56,827 bases of DNA from a bacterium (lineage in GTDB: Bacteria > Bacteroidota > Bacteroidia > Chitinophagales > Chitinophagaceae): assembly GCA_027364635.1 (NCBI GenBank), contig DAHXOZ010000002.1, positions 1 through 56,827 of the forward strand, read 5' to 3'. A model generated the notes under the pieces. The model ran no database searches, had not been told where the DNA came from, and was given only the letters and a program-made list of their open reading frames with translations. Shown here piece by piece: positions 1 to 9,878 of this stretch. The translations under genes and the position numbers were made by a program. How positions within the stretch are numbered: the stretch's first letter is position 1; every line of letters starts with the position of its first letter.

Positions 1-69
1 TTTTTTTTTAAAGTAAAAAAGAGCTGCGATAAATAATGCAATGCTTGCCGAAAGCATTCCTATAACACG
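1..69. repeat. 69-bp exact inverted repeat of 1488-1556 (internal to wzx)
   Basis: Reverse complement of 1-69 is CGTGTTATAGGAATGCTTTCGGCAAGCATTGCATTATTTATCGCAGCTCTTTTTTACTTTAAAAAAAAA, identical to 1488-1556. Confidence 0.95.
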
Positions 70-582
70 CCCTTCCCATACTAATTTCATTTTACCACTT
101 ATATGATAATCATCTTTACTCGTCTTAATTTCATTTTGCATATAGTCAAGGCTTATCACCACGTTTTTATTCCATTGCTCAATAATTTTTTTCATTTCAC
201 TACTAGAACAAATAACGAGATCTGACACTTTAATCCATTCGATTAACAGGTGCCTGAAATTGAGATTCAGCTTCTTTTCTTTTCCAATAATATATCGGCC
301 AATCCCTTTAAACAAATCACTAAAAGTATCAGAAGGAAGAATCAAACTGTCAACCATTTCAAAAATAAATTTGGTTTCAGGATGTTTCTTTTTATAAATA
401 AGCCATTGAGTAAGATTTGCAGGAGCCGTCAATAAAATAACATCATAAGTTTTATTTATATCAGCGATTTCATAAGCAATCTCATTGGTTTTTGCAAAAA
501 AAGGAAATCTCCTTCTGTCTGCCGGCTGCGATAGATCTGGCAGATAAGGAACATAGCCAATTTTTAATTCCCGAAAATTCAT
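1..582 (-). CDS. Partial glycosyltransferase-like protein (GT-B/GT4-like N-terminal part), runs off the window start; absent from ORF track
   Basis: Hand translation from ATG at 582 is open for 194 codons to position 1: MNFRELKIGYVPYLPDLSQPADRRRFPFFAK...DLVICSS...KMKLVWEG. The last 23 codons (RVIGMLSASIALFIAALFYFKKK) are identical to Wzx sequence. Divergent from the polysaccharide cluster. Confidence 0.7.
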   Translation of the reverse strand, partial: MNFRELKIGYVPYLPDLSQPADRRRFPFFAKTNEIAYEIADINKTYDVILLTAPANLTQWLIYKKKHPETKFIFEMVDSLILPSDTFSDLFKGIGRYIIGKEKKLNLNFRHLLIEWIKVSDLVICSSSEMKKIIEQWNKNVVISLDYMQNEIKTSKDDYHISGKMKLVWEGRVIGMLSASIALFIAALFYFKKK

Positions 583-932
583 AGACCAATCATTTATGAT
601 TACCGGGTTCAAATATAGTAATAGAATAACACCTTCAAATCAGAATAAAATAACCTGCACTGTGATTATTTTATATAATACTTATTGAAGATTTATGAAA
701 TTGTTTCTATTCAGATTTAATTGCAAAATAAAACCGTTAACAACTGCCAGGTTAGCAATCGATTTATTATTTTCTTCTTTCATTTCCGGTCCCCATAAAT
801 TCTTACAATTTTTATTTGTATCGAATTATTGTTTTCCTCATTTTCTTCAACTCACAATCTCTGCACCGAAATCTCGTTTTAGTTAAAAATTGATATTTAT
901 TTATAAAATTTGGACGGGAACTTATTAACTTA

Positions 933-2240
933 ATGAATCTAACTCAACAAATAAATGTATTTGTAAAAAAACCGGCTTTAAAATCTGCCGGCATATACAC
1001 TTTTTCAAATTTTTTTTCGAAATCAATCGGCTTTTTTCTTCTGTTCATTTATTCTAACCCAGTTTATTTAAATACTGATGAAAACGGCTTACTGAGTTTG
1101 CTCGCCGGTGCTGTTGCCATTTTTGTTCCATTTTTATCCTTAGGCATCGTTCATTCTACCAGTGTTGAATTTTTCAAATTAGATAAAAAAGAATTCAAAG
1201 ATTTCTTTTCAACTGGTTTTGTGTTACCGGTTATTTTTATGTTTATGGGAATTGGCATTTTATTTTTTTTCAGGACGGACCTAAAAAATAGTTACCGGTT
1301 TCCCTTTAGTTTTACATTCATAATACCTCTTATTGCCTTTTTTACATTTTGTAACGAATTATTTGTAACGCTTATAAGAAGTAATGATGAGCCAAAAATT
1401 TATCTAAAAATCGCACTTTTACGTTTAGCTATTGAAGCTTCATTATCGGTTATATTAGTAGTAAATTTTGCATTAAGATGGAAAGGTCGTGTTATAGGAA
1501 TGCTTTCGGCAAGCATTGCATTATTTATCGCAGCTCTTTTTTACTTTAAAAAAAAAGAATACCTTTTCGGAAGAATCAGGGCAAAATATATAAAGGGAGA
1601 ATTAATCTATGCCTTGCCGATAATCATATTTCAAGGTGCTTCTTTTTGCTTATTTAGTTCTGACAAATTCTTTCTTTCATTTTTTTCAAATAATAATGTG
1701 GTGGGTATTTATGGATATGCCTGTGCATTTAGTGCCATTCTATCACTTTGTTGCACCGCCGTTCTTCATTATATGCTTCCTAAAATTTACGAGTTGCTTT
1801 CTGCTCCGAAGATCGATTATAAAAAGATCCAAGCTTATTTTTGGTATTATGCTTCTTTTGCCTTCATTTTATTGCTGGGTATTATCACTTTCACACCTAT
1901 TTTATACAAGCATTTTATCAACCAAAAATATTTTTCCGGTTTAAATTATTTATACTTTATTGTAACAGGTTATTTTTTCTTTAACATTACTTATTTCTTC
2001 TATGCTTTCCTCTTATATAAAAAGCAAAAAAGAAAACTCATCATCCTTTCTGTAATATCTATTTTAATAAGCCTGGCATCTAACTATTTTTTTATAAAGA
2101 ATTTTAGTGCCCCGGGAGCTGCTATCTCTGTATGTGTCAGTTTTCTGTTGGTTCTCATAATAACTTTGCTCTTCAACAGGCGTGAAGCAAAGATTATCAT
2201 CTTTGACGCGATTTTTAAAAAACACGCAAGCCTGGAGTAA
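933..2240 (+). CDS. wzx: Polysaccharide flippase (Wzx/MOP family)
   Basis: 435 aa with about 12 hydrophobic segments; motifs SSDKFFL...VGIYGYA and GAAIS; first gene of the glycan cluster. Confidence 0.85.
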   Translation: MNLTQQINVFVKKPALKSAGIYTFSNFFSKSIGFFLLFIYSNPVYLNTDENGLLSLLAGAVAIFVPFLSLGIVHSTSVEFFKLDKKEFKDFFSTGFVLPVIFMFMGIGILFFFRTDLKNSYRFPFSFTFIIPLIAFFTFCNELFVTLIRSNDEPKIYLKIALLRLAIEASLSVILVVNFALRWKGRVIGMLSASIALFIAALFYFKKKEYLFGRIRAKYIKGELIYALPIIIFQGASFCLFSSDKFFLSFFSNNNVVGIYGYACAFSAILSLCCTAVLHYMLPKIYELLSAPKIDYKKIQAYFWYYASFAFILLLGIITFTPILYKHFINQKYFSGLNYLYFIVTGYFFFNITYFFYAFLLYKKQKRKLIILSVISILISLASNYFFIKNFSAPGAAISVCVSFLLVLIITLLFNRREAKIIIFDAIFKKHASLE

Positions 2241-2255
2241 AATCGATACCAGTAA

Positions 2256-3146
2256 ATGAAGAAATTTTTAAAAATATTATTTTCATCAATACCATTTAAA
2301 AAACAACTTTTCTGTTTTATAAAAAAAGTTTGGTCGCCTCCGGTAGGTGTTTATCAGCATTTGTATTTCAATGGTATTTTCAAGGTTAAAGTAGATTCAG
2401 AAAATTTTAAAATCCAACACAACGGGCATACAATCGAGAATCAATTATTCTGGAAAGGAACAGACGATTGCTGGGAAAAAATTTCTCTGAGAATCTGGAA
2501 AGATCTGGCAAAAAATTCAAACGTCATTTTCGATATTGGCGCTAACACAGGAGTTTATTCCCTTATTGCAAAAACTGTAAATAAAAATTCTTCAGTCCAT
2601 GCTTTCGAGCCTTTTCCTGCTATTTATGATACGCTTACAAAAAATACTGTCTTAAACCAATATGATGTCAAATGTAACTGTACTGCCATTTCCAATTATA
2701 AAGGCAAAGGAGTCATATTTTCTGATAGTCCGGATTTTGCATATTCTGTGACTGTAAATAAAAATCTTTGGGCTAAAGATCTGGATCCTTTTCAAATTCC
2801 CATAAGCACAACCACGCTAAAAGATTATATTGAAGAACAACAAATTGAAGGTATAGACCTGATGAAAATCGATGTTGAAACACATGAACCGGAAGTTTTG
2901 GAAGGTTTTGCAGAGTATCTTTTAAAATTTAAACCAATTATATTGATAGAAGTTTTGAATGAACAGGTTTCCGAAAAATTGAATTCATGTTTCTCAGGCG
3001 ATCAGTATGATTTTTATAATATTGATGAAGCAAAAGGAATTAAGAAAGTCAGTAAACTAACAAAAAGTGAAGATTTTAATTTTCTGATTGTTCCATCTGA
3101 AAAATCCAGCTTATTCGATTATCACAAGTATATTTCTTATTCTTAA
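2256..3146 (+). CDS. FkbM-family methyltransferase
   Basis: Motifs FDIGANTG, HAFEP, LMKIDVETHE. Confidence 0.9.
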   Translation: MKKFLKILFSSIPFKKQLFCFIKKVWSPPVGVYQHLYFNGIFKVKVDSENFKIQHNGHTIENQLFWKGTDDCWEKISLRIWKDLAKNSNVIFDIGANTGVYSLIAKTVNKNSSVHAFEPFPAIYDTLTKNTVLNQYDVKCNCTAISNYKGKGVIFSDSPDFAYSVTVNKNLWAKDLDPFQIPISTTTLKDYIEEQQIEGIDLMKIDVETHEPEVLEGFAEYLLKFKPIILIEVLNEQVSEKLNSCFSGDQYDFYNIDEAKGIKKVSKLTKSEDFNFLIVPSEKSSLFDYHKYISYS

Positions 3147-3185
3147 CCAACCGACGGAATAAATAAACTACTTCAGCTTAACATT

Positions 3186-4001
3186 ATGAAAATATTCGTT
3201 ATAAGTTTAAAGACTTCTCTTCGACGCAGAAAAAGGATGGAAAGCCAGTTAAACAAACTGGGATTGTCTTTTGAAATTTTGGAAGCGGTACAAGGCAGTG
3301 CATTAACAGAAAATGAAACATTATCATGGTATGATGAAACCTTTTACAAAAACCGGCCATCTTACCATACAAGCGGAATGGTAGGATGCACCTTGTCGCA
3401 TTATTTTGTATATAAAAGAATTGTAGAACAAAAGATTGATAAGGCTTTAATTCTGGAGGATGATATGGTATTAAATAAAAATCTGCCGTCTTTATTAACT
3501 GAAATTTCTAAAAAAATTAGAAATGATGAAGTGATCCTGCTTTTTTATCAATCGTATTTTCCTATAAACCTTTGCAGATCATCTGCACAATCAGTAAAAG
3601 GAGAATTTAGTCTTTACCAGGTAAATGATTTGAAAGGACTAAGATCAACAGCGGCTTATATTATTACGTATGAAGCAGCAAATAGAATGATGAACGGATA
3701 TTTGCCTATTTCATTTTTTCCTGATGACTGGAAGAAATTTTATGATAAAGAATTATTGAATGGGGTGCGGATAATTTATCCTTTCATACTTACAAATACA
3801 TATGAACCTACCACAATTAGCCCTAATTTGAAAGGTGGAAAGTTTGCAAAATCTTTTTTACTGATGATTGAAAAGCACAAGGTTTTTCCACTTTACCAAA
3901 CATTAAAATACAGAAGAAAGATTAACACAGCTAAATCACGACGATGCTTTATTGTAAATGAGCAACCCATTGATTTTAGAAAACCAATTACTGAAAAGTG
4001 A
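3186..4001 (+). CDS. Glycosyltransferase family 25
   Basis: N-terminal IFVISL..S..RR, GCTLSH, LILEDD and TAAYIIT motifs. Confidence 0.9.
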   Translation: MKIFVISLKTSLRRRKRMESQLNKLGLSFEILEAVQGSALTENETLSWYDETFYKNRPSYHTSGMVGCTLSHYFVYKRIVEQKIDKALILEDDMVLNKNLPSLLTEISKKIRNDEVILLFYQSYFPINLCRSSAQSVKGEFSLYQVNDLKGLRSTAAYIITYEAANRMMNGYLPISFFPDDWKKFYDKELLNGVRIIYPFILTNTYEPTTISPNLKGGKFAKSFLLMIEKHKVFPLYQTLKYRRKINTAKSRRCFIVNEQPIDFRKPITEK

Positions 4002-4004
4002 AGT

Positions 4005-4778
4005 ATGTCAACAAAAAATTTTTTACCTGAGTTTTTTAGATTTATTCATCGTTTTGGGATAATGAAAGGACCACTTTTATTCTTTAAAATTAAATGTGGA
4101 AATCAAAAAAACATCAAGGTTCCCGGCATATCTTTAAGGTTCTCTCTAAGAAAAGGCACCTCTGACTACAACACATTTTATCAAACTATTGTCCACAACC
4201 AATATTTTTTTAATTACCCAATTAAACCAAAATTAATAATTGATGGTGGTGCAAATATTGGGTTGGCAAGTATTATTTTTAAAAGCCTCTTTCCTGATGC
4301 CACAATCATAGCCATTGAACCGGATAAAGAAAATTTTGAGCAACTCAATAGGAATCTTATGCCATATTCCAAAATACATACCTTGAATAATGGAATATGG
4401 AATAAAAAGACAATTCTTCAGGTTACAGATAAGTACTATTTTGGAAAATGGGGAATGGTAACTGAAGAAATTAACACGAAAACGGAAAACTCGATATCTA
4501 CGGTTACCATCGATGAAATAATGAATCTTTACCATCTTGATAGTATAGATATCCTCAAACTTGACATAGAAACTGCAGAACGTGAATTATTCACTTCTGG
4601 CTATACTAACTGGCTACCAAAAGTGAAGATTATCATTATTGAATTACATGATTCAGTTTGCAAAGGAACCGCTATGCCCTTTTTTAAGGCTATAGTAGAA
4701 ACATTTAAAAATTATAGTTATTATCAGCTTGGAGAAAATACTATTATTGTCAATGAAGATCAGATAAAAAATAAATAA
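4005..4778 (+). CDS. FkbM-family methyltransferase
   Basis: Motifs IDGGANIG, IAIEPD, ILKLDIETAE, IIELHD. Confidence 0.9.
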   Translation: MSTKNFLPEFFRFIHRFGIMKGPLLFFKIKCGNQKNIKVPGISLRFSLRKGTSDYNTFYQTIVHNQYFFNYPIKPKLIIDGGANIGLASIIFKSLFPDATIIAIEPDKENFEQLNRNLMPYSKIHTLNNGIWNKKTILQVTDKYYFGKWGMVTEEINTKTENSISTVTIDEIMNLYHLDSIDILKLDIETAERELFTSGYTNWLPKVKIIIIELHDSVCKGTAMPFFKAIVETFKNYSYYQLGENTIIVNEDQIKNK

Positions 4779-4785
4779 TCATTTG

Positions 4786-5895
4786 ATGAAGAAAACATTA
4801 CTTCTTGTTATAGACAGTCTGGCAAAAGGTGGTGCTGAGGTCTTGCTGGTAGGAATATTACCTGAGTTGAACAAGAGGTATGAAGTCATATTAGTGACAC
4901 TTAAAGAAGACAATCATTTTTCAAAGGAAGGTATCATTTGCAAAAAAAAATACACATTGGGATTCACAAAAAAATTGTCTCTTTTTCTATGCGTATGGAA
5001 ATTAAAAAAGATAATAAAAAAACATAGTCCATCTTTAATCCATTCTCATTTATTTTATAGCAGCCTGATCGCCCGAATGGCTTGTCCCGTCTATATTCCT
5101 TTAATTTATTCTCTACACAATGAAATGAGTAAAAATGTTTTTGACAACAGTAAGACCCTGGCATTTTTTGAAAAAAAAACAATTAAAGAAAATCATGCGT
5201 TGATTGCTGTTTCACAATTAGTATTGTCAGATTATGAACAATCGATTGGCATAATAAAGCCTGCGTTTGTTTTACCCAATTTTATTTCTGATCAGTTTTT
5301 TATCAAAAAAAATAAAGAAAAAGATTTCTCCTTTTTAAAAGAAATAAAGCTGGTAGCTGTGGGGAATATAAAAAATCAAAAAAATTATAGTTTCCTTTTA
5401 CAGGCATTTGAACTGTTAAAAAAATATCCGGTTTCACTGGATATTTATGGAGAGGGAAATGATAAGGATGTGAAAAAGTTACTGACTGAAATTGATAAAC
5501 AACAATTACCCGTTATTTTGAAGGGAGGAACGGACAATATTCATAAAATTTTACCACAATACGATTTATATGTTTCATGTTCCAGCCATGAAGGATTTGG
5601 AATAGCAGCAGTAGAAGCAATGGCTGCAGGTTTGCCATTGTTATTATCAGATATACCCGTATTTCGGGAAGTTACTTCTGGTAATGCATTATTTTTTGAT
5701 ATCAGAGATCCATCATCATTTGTAGATTTAATTACCGAAATTTTAAAAAACAAACATGAATTGCAAATTCTTTCAAACAATGGAATCGGGATTTCAAAAA
5801 AATATACGAAAGAAATTTATTTAGATAAACTATTCAACATTTATCGATCGATTCTTCAAAAACCAATTTCAAATCCATCACTTTTAAATGCCTAA
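4786..5895 (+). CDS. Glycosyltransferase family 4
   Basis: GGAE N-terminal motif and EGFGIAAVEAM (EX7E); ATG at 4786 preferred over TTG at 4783. Confidence 0.9.
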   Translation: MKKTLLLVIDSLAKGGAEVLLVGILPELNKRYEVILVTLKEDNHFSKEGIICKKKYTLGFTKKLSLFLCVWKLKKIIKKHSPSLIHSHLFYSSLIARMACPVYIPLIYSLHNEMSKNVFDNSKTLAFFEKKTIKENHALIAVSQLVLSDYEQSIGIIKPAFVLPNFISDQFFIKKNKEKDFSFLKEIKLVAVGNIKNQKNYSFLLQAFELLKKYPVSLDIYGEGNDKDVKKLLTEIDKQQLPVILKGGTDNIHKILPQYDLYVSCSSHEGFGIAAVEAMAAGLPLLLSDIPVFREVTSGNALFFDIRDPSSFVDLITEILKNKHELQILSNNGIGISKKYTKEIYLDKLFNIYRSILQKPISNPSLLNA

Positions 5896-7129
5896 AGTTC
5901 TCTTCATATCGTATGATGGAATGACCGATCCGCTTGGCCAAAGCCAGGTAATTCCTTACCTGGCAGGACTTTCAAAGCATGGTTATGAGTTTACTGTTTT
6001 AAGTTGCGAAAAAAAAGAGAAATATCATTTATACAAAAAACAAGTGGAAGAAATCATAAAACCATTTTCCATAAAATGGGTACCACTTCCCTATCATAAA
6101 AAACCAGCCGTCCTTTCCACTATTTATGATGTATACAAAATGCGGAAGAAAGCAGTTCAACTTCATAAAAAAGAAAAATTTGACATAATACATACCCGTC
6201 CGGGAATTCCGGCTTTGGTAGGTTTAAGAATGAAGAAAAAATTTGAAATAAAATTTTTGAATGACATCCGGGAATTTTATGCAGATAGTAGAATTGATGG
6301 AGGAATATGGAATAAGGAAAATCCTTTCTACCATAAAATTTATTCATTTTTCAAACAAAAAGAAAATGAAGCCGTTGAAAAAAGTGATGGCATAGTTTGT
6401 CTTACTTACGCTGCCGAAAAAATAATTAAGCAATGGCCCGGATATAAAACCAATATTCCACTCCAGGTAATTCCGTGTAGTGTTGATATTGAATTATTTA
6501 ACCCGAATAATATCGATCTGGCAAAAAGAACAAACCTTAAAGCAGCACTAAAAATAAAAGAGGATGATTTTATAATCAGCTATCTCGGCTCTATCGGAAG
6601 CTGGTACCTGATGGAGGAAATGATGCAATTTTTTAAAATGATCAGTGACAAAAATCCTAAAGCAAAATTTTTATTTATTTCTCCAAACGGGAAACAGGCA
6701 ATTGAAAAAGAGGCGCAAAAATTCGGAGTAGAGAAAGAGAAAATTATGGTAAAAGAAGCGCAGAGAAATGAAGTTCCGGTATTACTATCTTTTAGCAGTT
6801 TCTCAGTTTTCTTTATCAAACCATGTTATTCAAAACAATCTTCTTCACCTACCAAACATGGAGAAATTATGGCGATGGGACTTCCGGTAATCAGCAATGC
6901 AGGAGTTGGCGATGTTGGAGATATTATCGAAAAATATCAATCAGGAATTGTATTAAAAGAACTGAACAAAAAGGAATACGATCTGGCTTTGGAATTGATT
7001 TTTGATCGTGAAATGTTTAATAAAAACCAAATAAGAAATGGAGCTATTGAATTTTATAATCTTGATTCCGCTGTTGAAAAATATAAAAATGTGTATGATC
7101 TGATGCTTAAAAACCATGCTAATGCTTAA
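5888..7129 (+). CDS. Glycosyltransferase family 4
   Basis: YLGSIGSWY and SSPTKHGEIMAMGLPVI motifs; overlaps the upstream gene. Confidence 0.85.
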   Translation: MPKVLFISYDGMTDPLGQSQVIPYLAGLSKHGYEFTVLSCEKKEKYHLYKKQVEEIIKPFSIKWVPLPYHKKPAVLSTIYDVYKMRKKAVQLHKKEKFDIIHTRPGIPALVGLRMKKKFEIKFLNDIREFYADSRIDGGIWNKENPFYHKIYSFFKQKENEAVEKSDGIVCLTYAAEKIIKQWPGYKTNIPLQVIPCSVDIELFNPNNIDLAKRTNLKAALKIKEDDFIISYLGSIGSWYLMEEMMQFFKMISDKNPKAKFLFISPNGKQAIEKEAQKFGVEKEKIMVKEAQRNEVPVLLSFSSFSVFFIKPCYSKQSSSPTKHGEIMAMGLPVISNAGVGDVGDIIEKYQSGIVLKELNKKEYDLALELIFDREMFNKNQIRNGAIEFYNLDSAVEKYKNVYDLMLKNHANA

Positions 7130-7886
7130 AAATATTAAAACCGCTTCCTGGTTTATAAAAAACCCTCAATACATTCCTCAAATTTTTCAGATTCTAAAAA
7201 GGAAAAGTAATAGCGCTTTGGAAAATTCAGGGATAGAAGCCGTCAACTGGTGTAAAGAAAACTGTATGGATCAGGAAGAAGCTTTGCAACGAATGGTAAA
7301 TACCAGTAAACCAACAAATTTAGCAGATTTATATCCCAATGAAATCAAGCAAGCGCAAATGACTGCCCAAAACTGTCCTGTAAAAATGGGAGGAGAAGGG
7401 GCGATAACTTTTATTTATCATCTTGTAAAAAATTCAAACGCAAAAAAAATTATAGAAACAGGCGTTGCTTATGGATGGTCTTCACTTGCAATTTTGTTAG
7501 CTATTAAAGATGATGAAGGCGCGTGCTTAATCAGTAATGATATGCCTTACATTAAAATGAATAATGATGATTATGTAGGATGCATTATTCCGGAAAACTT
7601 GAAATTCAAATGGGAATTACAGCGTTTGCCCGATGTCAAAGGCATTCCACTTGCGCTAAAAAAATTAAATAACTCAATAGATTTTTGTCATTACGACAGC
7701 GATAAAAGTTATACAGGAAGAATGTGGGCAAGTCCTTTATTATGGAAAGCTTTAAAAAAAGGAGGCCTCTTTGTTGCTGACGACATAAATGACAATTTAG
7801 CCTTCCGACACTTCTGTGAATCTGTTTATCGTACTCCTGTTATTATTGAACATCTTGGAAAATATGTTGGTGTGGTTGTAAAATAA
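7116..7886 (+). CDS. Class I SAM-dependent methyltransferase (Methyltransf_24-like)
   Basis: IIETGVAYGWSS, HYDSDKSY and GGLFVADD motifs. Confidence 0.8.
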   Translation: MLMLKNIKTASWFIKNPQYIPQIFQILKRKSNSALENSGIEAVNWCKENCMDQEEALQRMVNTSKPTNLADLYPNEIKQAQMTAQNCPVKMGGEGAITFIYHLVKNSNAKKIIETGVAYGWSSLAILLAIKDDEGACLISNDMPYIKMNNDDYVGCIIPENLKFKWELQRLPDVKGIPLALKKLNNSIDFCHYDSDKSYTGRMWASPLLWKALKKGGLFVADDINDNLAFRHFCESVYRTPVIIEHLGKYVGVVVK

Positions 7887-7914
7887 AACAAAAACCCACT
7901 TGATTGTTTCCTTA

Positions 7915-8817
7915 TTATTTTTTCTTTCCAACAGCATGATAAAAGGGAATGCCGGGGCTTATAACAATATCAGTTAATCCAGCCGCCTCCATCATTTCAA
8001 CAACTTGCTTTTTAGAGAATCGCTGTTCGAGTCTTGTGCCAAAACGATCTAAAGCATCATTTCTGATCATAAAAAAAGAGCGGTTTTGATAACCATGCAA
8101 CGGTATTCTTTTTGCCAAATCTTTAAACCCTAAAAATTTAAAAAATCTTCCAACGAGAATAAAAGGCATGTAAAAAATGATGGCTAAAACATCACAGACA
8201 AAGTGTTTTATCCTTCCGGGAAGCCTGCTCACTATTTTTCTTACCCAATCGCTTGATTTAAAAAGGGCTTTATAAAAAGGACCTCTTCTTTCCAGATTAT
8301 AATATAGATAAATGAAAAAATAGCCACCTCTTTTTACTTTTTTTACACAATCAATTAAAGCCTGGCGTGTGTTAGGAATATGGTGCAATACCCCAATGCT
8401 CATTACAAAATCAAAAGTTTCATCAGCAAATGGCAGTGTTTCGATTGATGCTTTTGATAATCTTACATTTTTTATGTTTTCCAATAATTTATCTGCCGCA
8501 AAAATAGCGTTACTCGGATCAACAGCCTCTATAAAACCAACTTTGGGGGCAAGATATTTTGTCCACCTGCCTGTTCCACATCCAATATCAAGAGCATATG
8601 TATTTGAATTCACTATTTGATTATTAAGAATATCAAAATATTCTTCACCACCCTTTTTTACCAGGTCATCATCATGCTCATAAAACTTCAACCACTCATC
8701 TCCGAATTCATTTACCACTTTATAATCTATATTTTTTCCTTCAATATCAAAGACAAAAATTTCCCTTTCCTTTGTTTTAATGATTTTTTCGGGGCTTCTT
8801 GTAAATTCACTTTTCAT
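7915..8817 (-). CDS. Class I SAM-dependent methyltransferase
   Basis: LDIGCGTGRW, FDFVMSIGVLHH, KRGG; ATG at 8817 preferred over TTG at 8823. Confidence 0.9.
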   Translation of the reverse strand: MKSEFTRSPEKIIKTKEREIFVFDIEGKNIDYKVVNEFGDEWLKFYEHDDDLVKKGGEEYFDILNNQIVNSNTYALDIGCGTGRWTKYLAPKVGFIEAVDPSNAIFAADKLLENIKNVRLSKASIETLPFADETFDFVMSIGVLHHIPNTRQALIDCVKKVKRGGYFFIYLYYNLERRGPFYKALFKSSDWVRKIVSRLPGRIKHFVCDVLAIIFYMPFILVGRFFKFLGFKDLAKRIPLHGYQNRSFFMIRNDALDRFGTRLEQRFSKKQVVEMMEAAGLTDIVISPGIPFYHAVGKKK

Positions 8818-8900
8818 ATTCAACTTTCAGGCATTTTCAATAGAACAAAATAAGTTTATTTAAATAATAGAAATCATTTTTTTAAATTAATATTGTTGAA

Positions 8901-9878
8901 ATGGGAAACGGGAAATTCGTTATTTCACTGGATTTTGAAATTTACTGGGGAGTACGCGATGCCGTTAAGTTAAAAGAATATAAAGAACATCTTTTGGGTG
9001 TTCAAAAAGTGATTCCTTTATTATTGGACTTGTTTAAACAATATGACATTCAGGCAACTTTTGCAACCGTTGGATTTTTATTTTTCAATACAAAAGAAGA
9101 ACTTCTGGAAAATCTGCCCAATCAAAAACCCGAATACAAAAATGCAAAACTCTCACCATACACCAGCCATTTTTCTTCCGTAGGAGAAAATGAAAATGTT
9201 GATCCATTTCATTTTGCAAGTAACCTGATTCAGCAAATTGTGAACCACGGCCAAGAAATCGGTTCACACACATTTTCTCATTATTATTGCCTTGAAAAAG
9301 GGCAAACAAAAGAAGATTTTAAGGAGGATTTACTTGCTGCAAAAAAAATTGCGCAAAAAAGAGGAATCGAACTTAAGAGTTTTGTATTCCCGAGAAATCA
9401 ATACAACAAAGATTATTTAACCGTTTGCAGGGAAATGGGATTTACTTCTTTCCGTGGAAATGAAAAATCATGGTGGTTTTCTTCAGAAAGTTTTGGTGCT
9501 AATAATTTTTTAAGAAGGCCATTTCGATTATTAGACTCCTACTGGAACCTAAGTGGAAAAAATTGTTATTCATTAGAGGAAATGAAACAGCAGGTGATAT
9601 TAAATATTCCATCAAGCCGTTATTTAAGGCCTTACTCAAAAAAATTAAAGGCATTTGAAAACTTACGTTTAAAGAGAATTACTGACAGTATGAGCTACGC
9701 TGCAAAAAAAGGCCTGGTGTATCATTTATGGTGGCATCCGCATAATTTCGGTTCCAACATTATCAATAATATTTCTTTTTTGGAAAAAATTTTAATTCAT
9801 TATAAGAAATTAAACAGTGAATTTAATTTTGAAAGCTTAAATATGCGGCAATTAGCAAAAGAATTAAATAATGAATAA
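8901..9878 (+). CDS. Polysaccharide deacetylase (NodB/CE4-like)
   Basis: ISLDFE, ATFATVG, EIGSHTFSH, FVFPRN and LWWHPHN motifs. Confidence 0.88.
   Translation: MGNGKFVISLDFEIYWGVRDAVKLKEYKEHLLGVQKVIPLLLDLFKQYDIQATFATVGFLFFNTKEELLENLPNQKPEYKNAKLSPYTSHFSSVGENENVDPFHFASNLIQQIVNHGQEIGSHTFSHYYCLEKGQTKEDFKEDLLAAKKIAQKRGIELKSFVFPRNQYNKDYLTVCREMGFTSFRGNEKSWWFSSESFGANNFLRRPFRLLDSYWNLSGKNCYSLEEMKQQVILNIPSSRYLRPYSKKLKAFENLRLKRITDSMSYAAKKGLVYHLWWHPHNFGSNIINNISFLEKILIHYKKLNSEFNFESLNMRQLAKELNNE

Noticed and set aside
250-886. ORFs 250-435 and 695-886 (+)
   Set aside because: The first is antisense to the real minus-strand gene. The second is a low-complexity reading of an AT-rich promoter region with no recognisable motif.
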